From IMG/VR virus record IMGVR_UViG_3300031999_007842, positions 53,708-117,707 of that record: a stretch of 64,000 bases of DNA; one strand, 5' to 3'. Made by a program: the position numbers and the translations under genes. How positions within the stretch are numbered: position 1 is the stretch's first letter; the number at the start of each line of letters is the position of its first letter. Origin of the DNA: a virus. Lineage: Duplodnaviria; Heunggongvirae; Uroviricota; Caudoviricetes. The notes beneath the pieces are model-generated. The model had not been told where the DNA came from, searched no databases, and was given only the letters and a program-made list of their open reading frames with translations. This document shows, in pieces, positions 9,443-20,128 of this stretch.

Positions 9443-10903
9443 ATGAGAGATGGAGAAATAGTATTACAAGAACTGAAGAATGACGAGCAACTTGAAGCTC
9501 TGAGATTGAACCTGAAGCTCTATGGCTTCGACCTGACGGTGGATAAACTGAAGGAGATGCTAACTGTATCTGAGCCTGAACTATTATACACGAATGGTCT
9601 ATCAGGATACTCGAAGCAGTCTGCAGTCTTGCTGCAGGTCAAGAAAGTAATCACGAACACAAGAGGAACGCTGAAGCTAGTCCTGATGAGTAATGGCAAG
9701 TTCCTTTGCTTCAACAAGGAATGCAGGCCAATAGACATAGACCTATTCAACACATCGTATGATGTTAGGACTGGAGTGATCTGGGAACAGATCAAAGTGG
9801 GAATCTATGTTGTGTTCAATGAAGACCACTATGAACAAAAGTATAGAGTAGCCACACTAACTGATTGCATGGATCGAGTGCAAGCCGAACATTGGCTGTC
9901 CCTCTACACTGGATGCCTCAAGAAACGACAGGGCTTCCAAAGTACTGAAGAGATGAGGAACTTACAACATATCAAGAATGAGGGTATGGTTGCTACTAGT
10001 ATCCTGCAGACCGAGTTCGATGACACCAACACTGTCATAGCCTTGATAAACAAACTAGAGAATGAAGAGACAATCAAAAAGGCTGATGCCCTCAAGAATG
10101 ACATTACTATTACAGTGGGCAAGACATCCAAGATAGTCATCACAGGTCTGGACAATCACACCTACTCTGTGGAAGCTCCACCGACTAAAGTCTGGGACAC
10201 TGAGACATTCACTGCATTCATCTACAGGCATAGATACCAGTGGAAGAAATATGATCAAGACAACGTGAAGTCAAGCACATTGTATCCAGCACTAATGCAG
10301 ATCCTAGCATCCACCAGAGAGGACTGGTTCAACCTGTCAGTGGACAACAAGCCTCCAGTGAAGATAGCAATCAAGCACATCCAGAACAAGAGAGGACAAG
10401 AGACCACAATTGCCTACCTCAATAACAAGAGAGTGGCTTATGAAGACATGTATCAGGCTGTGTTCAAATACTTCCTACAGGGAGCTAAGCTGGAAGACCT
10501 CACAGAGGAACCTGAAGACTTGGATGAAGCCGAGAAGCAGAGACACCTGCAGGTAAAGAAGATGCGGGACGAAGGGATCATCACTTCAGGGATACATGGA
10601 TACATCACTGACTTGGAAGGAGAGACACCGATCACAATAGGCTTTGAGAAGGAAGGAGCCAGTTGGAACCTAGTCATAGGGGAGAAGAGAATCCTTCTGA
10701 AGGGTGGTGTTGTAACCATCAAGTCCCTAGAGAGAGTATTGAAGGGGACTGCTCAAGGATACAATTCAAGACACAGCACACACGAGCTATACCAGAGACT
10801 ATGTAAAGTCCTGACCTCAGACGAGGCCATAGAGATAATCCTAGAAGCGAAAGAGATGGGCAAGTTGCTCAAGGCTCTAGAAGTCAAAGGTCAACATCAA
10901 TAG
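9443..10903 (+). CDS. hypothetical protein, 486 aa (largest ORF in first half)
   Basis: long uninterrupted ORF with RBS-like GGTGAGAG upstream; no motif recognised. Confidence 0.6.
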   Translation: MRDGEIVLQELKNDEQLEALRLNLKLYGFDLTVDKLKEMLTVSEPELLYTNGLSGYSKQSAVLLQVKKVITNTRGTLKLVLMSNGKFLCFNKECRPIDIDLFNTSYDVRTGVIWEQIKVGIYVVFNEDHYEQKYRVATLTDCMDRVQAEHWLSLYTGCLKKRQGFQSTEEMRNLQHIKNEGMVATSILQTEFDDTNTVIALINKLENEETIKKADALKNDITITVGKTSKIVITGLDNHTYSVEAPPTKVWDTETFTAFIYRHRYQWKKYDQDNVKSSTLYPALMQILASTREDWFNLSVDNKPPVKIAIKHIQNKRGQETTIAYLNNKRVAYEDMYQAVFKYFLQGAKLEDLTEEPEDLDEAEKQRHLQVKKMRDEGIITSGIHGYITDLEGETPITIGFEKEGASWNLVIGEKRILLKGGVVTIKSLERVLKGTAQGYNSRHSTHELYQRLCKVLTSDEAIEIILEAKEMGKLLKALEVKGQHQ

Positions 10904-11067
10904 GAGGTGGAGCACTTGGATATAAAGATAGACAGGAAACGAAAGCTGATTGCCTTCCACATGAATGGCAAGAGAATCTTCTGGATGCACCAAGAACGCT
11001 GGGAGAGACTGAAGAAAGAAGTGGATCAGAAGATTGCATCAAGCCATAGATTCTAGGAGGGAGAGAG

Positions 11068-11412
11068 TTGAATAGTTTAGAGGATATCACTATAGCTGTC
11101 AGAGAGATGATCTACCTGATTGGAACAGCCTACCAAGCTGGAATGTGTGAAAGCCTCAGGGACATTCCAAAGGGAAGCAAACTCTTCGAGAGAGTCCGTC
11201 TAGAGAGAGATGACAGAGGTGCATTGTCTATAGTCACTGATGCGAAACGTGTCTTTCTCTCTCTTTCAGACTTTGGTAATCTAGCTAAGGAACTGGACTT
11301 GATCTATTTCGTGGCTTGCAGGGCTGTAGAACATTTGTCAAAGAAGCTGGAAGGATTCGAGAGAGTCAAGGAGACACTTGCTCCCTTCATCCTCCAAGAG
11401 AAACTAAGTTAG
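11068..11412 (+). CDS. hypothetical protein
   Basis: co-directional ORF. Confidence 0.45.
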   Translation: MNSLEDITIAVREMIYLIGTAYQAGMCESLRDIPKGSKLFERVRLERDDRGALSIVTDAKRVFLSLSDFGNLAKELDLIYFVACRAVEHLSKKLEGFERVKETLAPFILQEKLS

Positions 11413-11424
11413 GGAGGGATAGAG

Positions 11425-11778
11425 TTGGAGAAAGTGTTGAATCATCTTTCAGAAACAGAGAAGAAGCTAGTTGCACTGTGCATTGAATTCGAAGGCTCAA
11501 TCAGCCTTAGCAAGACTAAGAAACATCGTTACATTCAATTTAGGGTCTACAATACTAGACGAGTACTTCTCGAGCAATTTCAAAGAATTATCAGGTGCGG
11601 ACAGATAGGCAAGGCTTGTAAGAATGAGAGCTTCGGACGAAAACAAATGTATGCTTGGAGACTGAATGGTTCGGCAAACAGAATCTATAGTTTGGAAAGA
11701 AATCCACATATTGCATTGAGACTTTATCAGGAATTAGAACCTTTTCTTCTGACTAAGAAATTAAAGGAGGTTGAATAG
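11425..11778 (+). CDS. possible LAGLIDADG-like small protein (LVALCIEFEGSIS)
   Basis: single degenerate LAGLIDADG-like motif, resembles 49530..50069. Confidence 0.35.
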   Translation: MEKVLNHLSETEKKLVALCIEFEGSISLSKTKKHRYIQFRVYNTRRVLLEQFQRIIRCGQIGKACKNESFGRKQMYAWRLNGSANRIYSLERNPHIALRLYQELEPFLLTKKLKEVE

Positions 11779-11888
11779 ATGGAACGCGTCTATTGGTGTA
11801 ATACATGTGGACACCCGGCTAAATACAAGAGATGTGAGAAGTGTGGTGCTGACTGCCTTGAGATAGAGATTCCTGATTCCATGCAAGA

Positions 11889-12227
11889 ATGACAATCCTG
11901 ACATGGCTCAAAGGTGGAAGAAGCTTGAAGAAAGAAGACAGGGAAGCTATAGGTAAACTAATGGGGAAACTCTCCCAGACAGAAACCATAGTTATCAGCC
12001 AAGGTACAAATGGAAGAGATTGGGTAATAACAACTTCGAAAGGAACTGCAGTTACCGAGGAAGATTTCAAGGAAGATGCTGAGAAGCTGCTACTTTTCCT
12101 GTGGTGTCAGATTCCATCTGGAACAACCAACCACCTCACTGAACTGATAAAAATGCCTAGAGAGGAACTTGATAAACTGGTAGGGGAACTTATTCAGAAA
12201 CATAACTACAGAGAGAAGACGGAGTGA
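11889..12227 (+). CDS. hypothetical protein
   Basis: co-directional ORF. Confidence 0.4.
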   Translation: MTILTWLKGGRSLKKEDREAIGKLMGKLSQTETIVISQGTNGRDWVITTSKGTAVTEEDFKEDAEKLLLFLWCQIPSGTTNHLTELIKMPREELDKLVGELIQKHNYREKTE

Positions 12228-12316
12228 CAGTCCTGACAGTTGAACTGTGGGTGATTCCCAGAATAAACCCTATAGTTTTCCGAAACGTCTTTAAGAACAA
12301 GCAACGTATTAGATAG

Positions 12317-12574
12317 GTGAGGAACAGAATGCCTAGAGACATTGAACATTACAAAGCATATCAAAAGAAGTATCGCAAAGAACATCTCAAATTCTCTCGG
12401 AAGAAAAAGAAGAGACTCTATCGTAAAATGAGAAAGAGATTTGAACTCAAGCATGGTCAAGAGAAATGCAAATTCTGTGGAAAATTCCTCACGAGAAAAG
12501 CTCCAAACTCTCACAAGCTACAAGTTTGTCCTACATGCAGACAAAGCAAGGACTTTCATATATTGCACAAGTGA
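12317..12574 (+). CDS. basic zinc-ribbon protein
   Basis: K/R-rich N-terminus, CKFCG...CPTC. Confidence 0.4.
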   Translation: MRNRMPRDIEHYKAYQKKYRKEHLKFSRKKKKRLYRKMRKRFELKHGQEKCKFCGKFLTRKAPNSHKLQVCPTCRQSKDFHILHK

Positions 12575-13058
12575 TTCTAAATGAGTATGAACGAAGGCGA
12601 GAAACGATTCTGTAAGGGTATGACAGGTGAGGCGTGTCATTCAAAGCTATGCTGTCTTTTCTGTGAACCCAAATGCATATATCCTTGCTACAGACTCAGA
12701 GTGACTGGAAGTGAGACTTGTCAGAGGAGATGTACTATATGGGAGAAATTGCTGGAAACTTAGAGATGAAATATTATTGCAGGAACAGACCTCCCATATC
12801 ATGTGACACCCATCTATGCTGTTTCTCTTGTGAGAAGGGAAATGAATGCGGTCATAGCTGTGTAAGTATAGGTGCAAGGATAAATTGTTCTGCAAGACGT
12901 ACTGTATGGGAAATCATTCTTGGTACTAGAGGAGACACTTAGATTTGGACAACCTACAGTGTAAGACACAATCACATTATAGGAAGAATACTGCCATGAA
13001 ACCCTCTGTAGACATTCTCTATTGGACACTAGAACAAGGAAGGAAGTGTCTATCCTAG

Positions 13059-13337
13059 ATGGTAGCTGTGATTATCTGGACAGTTCTTGCTCTAGGTGCA
13101 GTAATCATTCTCTTCACAGTGAACGGTATACTTCCATTCATCTGGCTCTACTTGGTGAAACCTTTCTTGAGAACAAAGGAGGACAACCAACCGTCACCTG
13201 CACAACCGTCACCCCGTAGTGTAACCAGCAATGAAACTAAGGGAGAGGAAGAAGAGACAATAGACAATGAGAACTCTGAGGAGAAGGGAGAAGAGAACTC
13301 TAGTGTCATGGATTCTGAGGATTCAGGTGAGGAATAA
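13059..13337 (+). CDS. small membrane protein with acidic tail
   Basis: two hydrophobic helices then E/S-rich tail. Confidence 0.45.
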   Translation: MVAVIIWTVLALGAVIILFTVNGILPFIWLYLVKPFLRTKEDNQPSPAQPSPRSVTSNETKGEEEETIDNENSEEKGEENSSVMDSEDSGEE

Positions 13338-13687
13338 TGGTATCAGGGAAGTCAGGTAGAGGTAAAGTCAGAGGGTTCATCAAGAAGGACATTAACACTG
13401 GAAGGCTCTTTACTTTCTGGGTGTATGACTTCAGGAAGAATGCTAAAGAGAATATCTGGAGATTCCTCTTAGAACGCCACAACCGTTGCACTTACGATAG
13501 TCAAACTATTAGACAAGATACATCTCTCCCAGTAGTGCGTCTTGAGGTGTTCCAATGTTTCAACTGCTCTAACAAGAATTGCTATTGGGATTTGAACCAT
13601 ATGTCCAATGTGATATTTGAGAGATGTAATCGAGAAGATAGAATACATGAACGTTCAGTTAGGTGGATGGAAGATGAAGTATTGTAG
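13337..13687 (+). CDS. hypothetical protein
   Basis: starts at upstream stop. Confidence 0.4.
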   Translation: MVSGKSGRGKVRGFIKKDINTGRLFTFWVYDFRKNAKENIWRFLLERHNRCTYDSQTIRQDTSLPVVRLEVFQCFNCSNKNCYWDLNHMSNVIFERCNREDRIHERSVRWMEDEVL

Positions 13688-13888
13688 ATGGAAACTCTAC
13701 TATAACCTTAGCAATAAGAACACCTATTTCTTCTGTGTTAAATGTTGTAATTCCTGCAAGAAAATTTGTGAGTTAAGATGTGAGGCTTCTCATAGTTGCA
13801 GTCTAGGAATAAATGAATTGGAATACCTAATGATTAAACTAACTAACCAACCTTTTGAGAAACTAGAGGAAGAAGGTCTGGTGGGAAC

Positions 13889-14131
13889 ATGAGGGAAACT
13901 GAGGCTAGTCTCTGGCATAGACTACTTGGAGGATTTCCTAAAGGGACACTTGTCAAGGTAAAGGATAGGAGGTTTTCCAGAGGTTACTACTATGGTATTG
14001 TACAAGAGTTTGCTCAGATTACTTATAAGAAGACCAGATACTTCTACATCATAAACCAATATCCAGTTCGACATGGGTGTAGCATGTGGGTTAAACCTGA
14101 TAGCATACTTGAAGTTGTGGAGAAAAGTTAA
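13889..14131 (+). CDS. W-x-R-L-L-G family, beta-strand-like subtype (SLWHRLLGGFPKGTLVKVKD)
   Basis: N-terminal motif plus G-x-x-G-[DT]-x-V-K-F-like segment; ATGA overlap. Confidence 0.45.
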   Translation: MRETEASLWHRLLGGFPKGTLVKVKDRRFSRGYYYGIVQEFAQITYKKTRYFYIINQYPVRHGCSMWVKPDSILEVVEKS

Positions 14132-14398
14132 ATGTCAAAGACACAAACTTGTCCTCATGAATGTGGAGAGAGTTTTACCTGTGATGAAAGTTGTGGCAGA
14201 GAAGGAAGAAATTGTTGGTGTAGAACCTGTTTCTTCAAGGGTGTAAAAAGGGCATTGAGAGATGGAAGTGAGTCTTTCAATGTTCAGAATATTCAAGATA
14301 GGTTTAAATGTTCACTGCTCACTGACAAAGAGAAGAGGAAACTCGTACTTCTCTTCATCACTAACAAGATAAGGAATAAACAAGAGGGAGATTGTTGA
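14132..14398 (+). CDS. Cys-rich small protein
   Basis: CPHECG...CDESCG...CWCRTC. Confidence 0.4.
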   Translation: MSKTQTCPHECGESFTCDESCGREGRNCWCRTCFFKGVKRALRDGSESFNVQNIQDRFKCSLLTDKEKRKLVLLFITNKIRNKQEGDC

Positions 14399-14694
14399 GA
14401 ACAAAAGAGATGTGGGAAGAAATACTCTTTCCCATGAGATTAAAGTCTGGCAAGATGCTTTTCCGCTATATGAAGCATGAAGGAGACTTAACCCATCAGT
14501 ATCTTGCAGAGTATAACTTCGAGACGAAGAAGTGGCTAGTTGCAGTCTTCGAATATAAGATGGGGAAAATGCGTTGGGATAAAAGGAGAGGAGACAAGAG
14601 AATGCGACACATGATAATCCAGAAAGCTATCAGATTTCTTGAGAGGGAAATGAAACAGATAAGGAGAGAAGAAATTGTCGAGAGAACTACTTAA
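14392..14694 (+). CDS. W-x-E-I-L family protein (MWEEILFPMRLKSGKMLF)
   Basis: motif near N-terminus. Confidence 0.4.
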   Translation: MLRTKEMWEEILFPMRLKSGKMLFRYMKHEGDLTHQYLAEYNFETKKWLVAVFEYKMGKMRWDKRRGDKRMRHMIIQKAIRFLEREMKQIRREEIVERTT

Positions 14695-15271
14695 AAGAGG
14701 GAATCATAAACTATCAAGCAAGCAAGGCGTGTGGACACTTCCACGTTCAACTTGTATAGGTGCTGGAATCTGTGCGAAGTTCTGCTATGCTAAGAAGATG
14801 GAGAACATGCCTAATGTCAGAATCTCAAGAGCATGGAAACTTGAGCAAACAAAAGGTTCAGACTTCAAGAGTAGGATAATAGCAGAGATACGAAAGAGGA
14901 AGTTCAAGGTTATCCGTATACATGAAAGTGGGGACTATTATTGTCAAGCCTATGTGGACACATGGAAAGACATAGCACGTTCAATTCCAGAGATAACTTT
15001 CTATTCTTTCACCAAAGCCTTTCAGTTAGACCTGTGGAGTAACCTTCCTTCCAACTTCATAATCATACAGAGCTATGGTTCGAAGTTCGATGAGAAGATA
15101 GACTCTACTAAAAGCACAGGCAGGGTAATTGAGAAATTAACTGACCTTAGAATTACTGATTACCTCTGTCCGTACTATCACCATGTGGAAGGATTTAAGT
15201 GCGGCAAGGATTGTTCTTACTGCTTTTCACAAGAGCCAAAAGTGAAACAAGTAGCATTTATCATGCACTAA
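14675..15271 (+). CDS. possible phage Gp37/Gp68-family protein
   Basis: VWTLPRSTCIGAGICAKFCYA resembles the W..C..GC..CYA signature of that family (from memory). Confidence 0.4.
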   Translation: MSRELLKRGNHKLSSKQGVWTLPRSTCIGAGICAKFCYAKKMENMPNVRISRAWKLEQTKGSDFKSRIIAEIRKRKFKVIRIHESGDYYCQAYVDTWKDIARSIPEITFYSFTKAFQLDLWSNLPSNFIIIQSYGSKFDEKIDSTKSTGRVIEKLTDLRITDYLCPYYHHVEGFKCGKDCSYCFSQEPKVKQVAFIMH

Positions 15272-15286
15272 ACGTGTGGTGAAAGA

Positions 15287-16120
15287 ATGGGATTCCTAAC
15301 GGAGATAACCAACAGATACTCTTATTATTGGAGATGTAAATACTGTAACCTAGTAAATGATTGGAAGGATAAAACTTGCTCTCACTGTGGTTCTCTTAGA
15401 GGTAAAACGACTCTGAAACATCTTGACGAAGAATGTCATTTAGTATATCGCCCAGAAGAAGTTCACAGAAAAATTCATAGGGAACCTGAAGATTCATGGG
15501 TCTCGAAGCCAGTTCGACAGATGTATATATTTTTATTGCTATTCTTGATGATTGCTCTGCCTTTCTTCTGCCTTTTCTATGGAAGTGGAATAAACAATTA
15601 TTCCTCAAGAATGCCATCAACTGTAAGTCAATCAAACAAATTGCTTAGTCAACCAACACCAAAATATTGGGAAAGAACAATATTAGAAAATATCCCAGAA
15701 GAACTAGCACCAACACCTCTTCCCAGTAGTCGAGGGAATACACTTTCTCTTTCCTACCAACTCTACTATGGAGTATATCTTTATTATCCAGAGAAAACTG
15801 GAATCTATTATCAGGATTCTTCCATACATGTTACAGTCTTGAACAATCAATCAACTGAAATCGAATTTCTCGAAGTTGTGATGTTCTATGAATATCCTTC
15901 AAGTACTTATTTCTGCTCTAATGGTGAAGTCCTGAAGGTTGGCGAGTTTATTCAGAGAAATTATACTCTAGCATCTTGCTTACGTTGCTATAATCTAGGA
16001 AGCGGAGAAATCTGTAACTTGTGTTTTCCTCTATCACTCATCTGGGATGAGATAGGAGTGGAGGCAGGAAGCAGGTTTAGAATCTTGGGAATCATTGTAG
16101 AAGGATATAAGACTGAATGA
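15287..16120 (+). CDS. membrane protein with N-terminal zinc ribbon
   Basis: CKYCN...CSHCG ribbon, then hydrophobic helix MYIFLLLFLMIALPFFCLF, then 180-aa extracytoplasmic-like domain. Confidence 0.55.
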   Translation: MGFLTEITNRYSYYWRCKYCNLVNDWKDKTCSHCGSLRGKTTLKHLDEECHLVYRPEEVHRKIHREPEDSWVSKPVRQMYIFLLLFLMIALPFFCLFYGSGINNYSSRMPSTVSQSNKLLSQPTPKYWERTILENIPEELAPTPLPSSRGNTLSLSYQLYYGVYLYYPEKTGIYYQDSSIHVTVLNNQSTEIEFLEVVMFYEYPSSTYFCSNGEVLKVGEFIQRNYTLASCLRCYNLGSGEICNLCFPLSLIWDEIGVEAGSRFRILGIIVEGYKTE

Positions 16121-16279
16121 TAGAGGAAAGAGTAGTTTGCTCGAAGCACTAGAGGGATAGACTTGAAAGGATATGAAATCTTTAGGAAAATCTGGGATGA
16201 GACAAAAGGTAGAACAAGATTCAAAGACCATCCTCTAGCCAACATTGAATTTGAAGAGAAGCATAAGAGGTGAAAAAAG

Positions 16280-16528
16280 ATGAAGATAATTTTCAATGCT
16301 AGAAAAGTGCTAGGTTTGATTAAGGAGCAATTGAGAGAATACTACATAAATTCTAGTGAACTCATAGATGAAGCAAGTTTGAAAACTGCAATTGCCACGG
16401 TTTCAAGAGCAAATCCTGCATTCTATATTAGGTTGCTGACGGAAGAAAGGTGGATAACACTCAATATTGCCGAGACTTCTATGGAAGGAAGTAGAGTATT
16501 CATTATCAAGCCAGTCTGGAAACTTTAG
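16280..16528 (+). CDS. hypothetical protein
   Basis: RBS-like GGTGAAAAAAG upstream. Confidence 0.4.
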   Translation: MKIIFNARKVLGLIKEQLREYYINSSELIDEASLKTAIATVSRANPAFYIRLLTEERWITLNIAETSMEGSRVFIIKPVWKL

Positions 16529-16542
16529 AGGGAGAGGAAAAC

Positions 16543-16821
16543 ATGGATAAGTATAACCGTGAATGTGGCAAATGCTCTTCAACTTTTACCTGCAATCATT
16601 CCTGTGAAGAAACTTTACAGATTAATTCCTGCTACTGTCCTAAGTGTTTCGAAGAAATCCTGCTCCCTATATTTATTAATGGCTCAGAGTACAATGGTCT
16701 ACTCAGAAAGCGTTTGAAATGTGATGTAATCTCGAAAGAACTGAGTGGCAAAGTTCTAATTCTCTACACTATGGAGAAGCTAAAAGGTAAAGGTAGGATG
16801 AAACATTTTGAACTCCTCTAA
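16543..16821 (+). CDS. Cys-rich small protein
   Basis: CGKC...CNHSC...CYCPKC. Confidence 0.4.
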   Translation: MDKYNRECGKCSSTFTCNHSCEETLQINSCYCPKCFEEILLPIFINGSEYNGLLRKRLKCDVISKELSGKVLILYTMEKLKGKGRMKHFELL

Positions 16822-17032
16822 CATTGAAGAGACATGGAATAAGATTCTTGGCTATCAGAATGGAAGCAAAGTGAAACTATTGAAAAACTTCTACAGCTTT
16901 GATGACAAATATATTTCTAAAGGTGAGGTCGGGGTTGTCAAGGTTAGTGTTGACAATAAATGGTTTAGAGTTGAGTTCCCCAATAAGAGATGTCTGATTC
17001 TAGAAGCAGAGGAAATAGAAGGGATAGAGTAG
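16808..17032 (+). CDS. W-x-K-I-L-G family (ETWNKILGYQNGSKVKLL)
   Basis: motif plus beta-strand-like subtype. Confidence 0.45.
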   Translation: MNSSNIEETWNKILGYQNGSKVKLLKNFYSFDDKYISKGEVGVVKVSVDNKWFRVEFPNKRCLILEAEEIEGIE

Positions 17033-17284
17033 AGATGGCAAGAAAGAAAATTGAAGGGTTCACAAGAGAAGCCTTACATGAACCTGAAGTTTGGATTATG
17101 TTGAGAATCGCTAAACCAAAATGCTGTTTCAACTGTAAAGACTATAGAGATACTTCTTGCCTCAATCTCAGTCTAATTGAGAAATATACTTTAGAGCATT
17201 TCAACAGAAGAAGAAAAGGCTGGAGTATCTTTCACATAGGGTGTCAATGTAGAGACTGGTGTTAGTAAGGAATGAGGGAAACGT

Positions 17285-17509
17285 ATGGCTGATATTCGAG
17301 AGAAAGAATCGGAAGATGAAATTGAACTTCTCAAATGCCCAAAATGCGGTGGACTTCTTATCAGAGTTAATGAAGTGAAGGAAAATCAAATAGTCAATTG
17401 TAAATGGATGTGCATAAGCCCATCGTGTCGGAAAGGATTATACTTCGATACTTACTATGGCTATACTCAAGAGGATATTGACAATAATCTGAAGGATGGA
17501 AAGAAATGA
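17285..17509 (+). CDS. zinc-ribbon protein
   Basis: CPKCGG...CKWMCISPSC. Confidence 0.4.
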   Translation: MADIREKESEDEIELLKCPKCGGLLIRVNEVKENQIVNCKWMCISPSCRKGLYFDTYYGYTQEDIDNNLKDGKK

Positions 17510-18723
17510 CAAAGTATTCGAAATGTGTATGGTGCGGAATAACCATCGAGATTACTGGAAAAGATAGAGAACTCTGCAAGGATTGTGAGCAGTACCCAAG
17601 TTTTTCTGATATGCTCAAAGCAAAGTTTCCTAGTTTGTATGAGATACCAAAGAGTGTACCTTACAAAGAGTGAAGGAAGTGAGAAAGTGAAGATAGTTAA
17701 AGTCCAAATCACGAGGTTGAAGCTGGGTGGGAAAGATGTCTGGGCAATCAAAATCATTGGAGAAATTGAAGGTGCAATGATGCCTAGAGAATCTTTGGAA
17801 GCCTCATTCTATTCAGAAATAGAACCTAAAGTGGAGATAACAAAATAAGGAAGGAAAGGTGAAAGAGAATGTGCAAGAAATGCCGACTACATTCACGCTA
17901 CTGGGTTCACATGGTTGATAATCTTACAGAGAAGGAGAAGAAGGAACTAATAAGATACCTTCAAACTGGAGAAGTAGAGGCTTAACAAGATGAATGTCCA
18001 AGAGTTCATCGAACACTGCAAGAAATGTCAGAGGCGAAGTAAGTGCCATTTCAAGGGTTGCATACTAGACCATCCTGAAGAAGACCAAATGAGTAAGCTG
18101 AAGAATGTTCCAGTTATTGCTTTTGGAAGCCAATGCTTCTATGTAATCACGGACAGTGCAGTTCGCAAGTATAGAATACTAAAGTATAGCAAATGAAACA
18201 TGAATGAAGGATTGTGCTAGAATGAAGGAGTTCTTGAAGCAACAACTAAAAGACTATTGGCAATATAAGAAAGAAATTCTCTTCATTGTTGGTTGCTACT
18301 TGATTGGTTGGATCTTGGACAGTTCTTTCGCACCTTGGCGGAGGTGAATAGATGAAGGAATGGTGGGAGTACTTGGATTGGTCTACAATGGAGAACTCTT
18401 TCTCTAGACTATCAAAGTCCTTACAAGACCAGATATTAGCGAAAGGTTATTGGAGTAAAGGCAGGGGGAACTTTGTATAGAAGACAAAGAAATGACAACA
18501 TTAGAAATCCTCAAAGAAACTCGAAAGAATAAAGAATTTGTCAGGGGTTTGAAGAGGTCTGGAACATACTGTCTAAGTTCATCCATTAATTCAAAATGTC
18601 GTAGATGTTGCCTATTCTGTAAGAGGATATGCAAATCTCCTAACTGCTGGCATCAAGATTTTATACGTGATTGTGAAGGAAGGATAACAGAAGTAGAAGC
18701 ATTCTATCGGAGGATACTTAACA

Positions 18724-19026
18724 TTGAATAAAGTTTCTACTGTTTGGAGAAAACTCTTTGGTTGGCAAGTTGGAGACTACTTGAAATACTACTTTCTTCC
18801 ATCAGGGAATGAAGAGGGGAAATGGCTAACTCTCAGGATTATAAGAATCTCATCCAGTGATTTCGTTGAAGTCAAAGTCTTGAGCAAGAACTTTGGGATT
18901 GACAAATTCAATCTAAGAATAGCTTATGTGGAGGAGAAGGTTCCTTGGCATTTAAAAGATTATGCACCTAGAGACAGGACAAAGAGAAGATTGAATTGGA
19001 GGAATAGAGTTGCCCTGCATCTGTAA
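18724..19026 (+). CDS. W-x-K-L-F-G family (VWRKLFGWQVGDYLKYYF)
   Basis: motif plus GDY segment. Confidence 0.4.
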   Translation: MNKVSTVWRKLFGWQVGDYLKYYFLPSGNEEGKWLTLRIIRISSSDFVEVKVLSKNFGIDKFNLRIAYVEEKVPWHLKDYAPRDRTKRRLNWRNRVALHL

Positions 19027-19300
19027 TATCTTTCATGGTAAAGAGAGGAATCTCTCTCAAGAAGAAGTCTGGAATAAGATACTAGGAATCCGGCAGAAGT
19101 GTACCCTCACGTATTGTGGTACATTTGAAAATGGTAAGTGCATAAACAAGGAATACTACGAACAGTTCACAATTGGAGGGGTAGTAATTTCTTGCTGTTC
19201 ACGAGCGGACAATCACCTTCTTAATGTTACGAAAAGAATAGGGCATCAACAAGTGGTAGAGAAAAGAAGAGTTCCATTACCAACAGGAATAAGGGATTGA
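19010..19300 (+). CDS. W-x-K-I-L-G family, Cys subtype (EVWNKILGIRQKCTLTYCG)
   Basis: motif plus Cys cluster. Confidence 0.4.
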   Translation: MPCICNIFHGKERNLSQEEVWNKILGIRQKCTLTYCGTFENGKCINKEYYEQFTIGGVVISCCSRADNHLLNVTKRIGHQQVVEKRRVPLPTGIRD

Positions 19301-19304
19301 GAGT

Positions 19305-19541
19305 ATGGGGAGAAAGCATAGACAGAAGAGGAGAAAGCACAAGTTTAAGAACAAACGAGAGAGGCAAGAAAGAAGTTATGCTTCCAAAGAGTTCCCTCTT
19401 GATTCCACACCAGAGCGTAGGCAGAAACTCTATGAGATGTGGAAGCGAAATGAACTAAACCAACAGCCAAGAAAACCTAGGAAAGACAAACTACAAGAAA
19501 GCCCTCTATCAGATCTCTACGATGTGGAGCAGGGAGCATGA
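19305..19541 (+). CDS. highly basic small protein (K/R-rich)
   Basis: MGRKHRQKRRKHKFKNKRERQ...; possible nucleic-acid binding. Confidence 0.4.
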   Translation: MGRKHRQKRRKHKFKNKRERQERSYASKEFPLDSTPERRQKLYEMWKRNELNQQPRKPRKDKLQESPLSDLYDVEQGA

Positions 19542-19849
19542 GAATTTATACACCACAAGAGATTCAAGAACTCTGGGTTAAGATACTTGGGATTCAGAAG
19601 GGAACTCTTGTCCTTCCTACTCAAGATTTCATAAAGAGAAATCCTTACATGTATTTCCCTAAGTTGGGAAATGGCCCTTTTCCGAATAAGATAAAGGTTC
19701 CTACTTCTAAATTCGTGGGAATAATTGAGGGGGAAGACTCAAGGGGAAACTTATTTCGAGTTCGTTGGATAGCTGAAAAGGAAGATTCTCAAGAACTTCC
19801 TTACTTCTGGGAACGTGAAGATTTCACAATCATTGGCTTTAGAAAGTAG
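19538..19849 (+). CDS. W-x-K-I-L-G family (ELWVKILGIQKGTLV)
   Basis: ATGA overlap; motif. Confidence 0.45.
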   Translation: MRIYTPQEIQELWVKILGIQKGTLVLPTQDFIKRNPYMYFPKLGNGPFPNKIKVPTSKFVGIIEGEDSRGNLFRVRWIAEKEDSQELPYFWEREDFTIIGFRK

Positions 19850-20128
19850 ATGAGAAGTATGAAAGACATTGACATGTGGATCAAAATTCTAGGATGGATG
19901 GGTCAGAGAGTCAAGCTCAAAGTAACATACTCACGCCCAAAGATCAGGAAAGGTGAAATTGGGACTGTGTTGAATGCTGATTATCTGGGAGGAAAGATTG
20001 TTTTTCTGAAGGTTAGGTTTTCTAGGAGAAGAACTATTTTCTGTTTTGCTGATGAAGTATCTCCACTAGCAAGAGGGAGGAATTTTGAAGTTGGAAAGAT
20101 GGCAAAGACTAAAGGAAATTCCAAGTAA
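19850..20128 (+). CDS. W-x-K-I-L-G family (MWIKILGWMGQRVKLKV)
   Basis: motif; starts right after upstream stop. Confidence 0.45.
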   Translation: MRSMKDIDMWIKILGWMGQRVKLKVTYSRPKIRKGEIGTVLNADYLGGKIVFLKVRFSRRRTIFCFADEVSPLARGRNFEVGKMAKTKGNSK

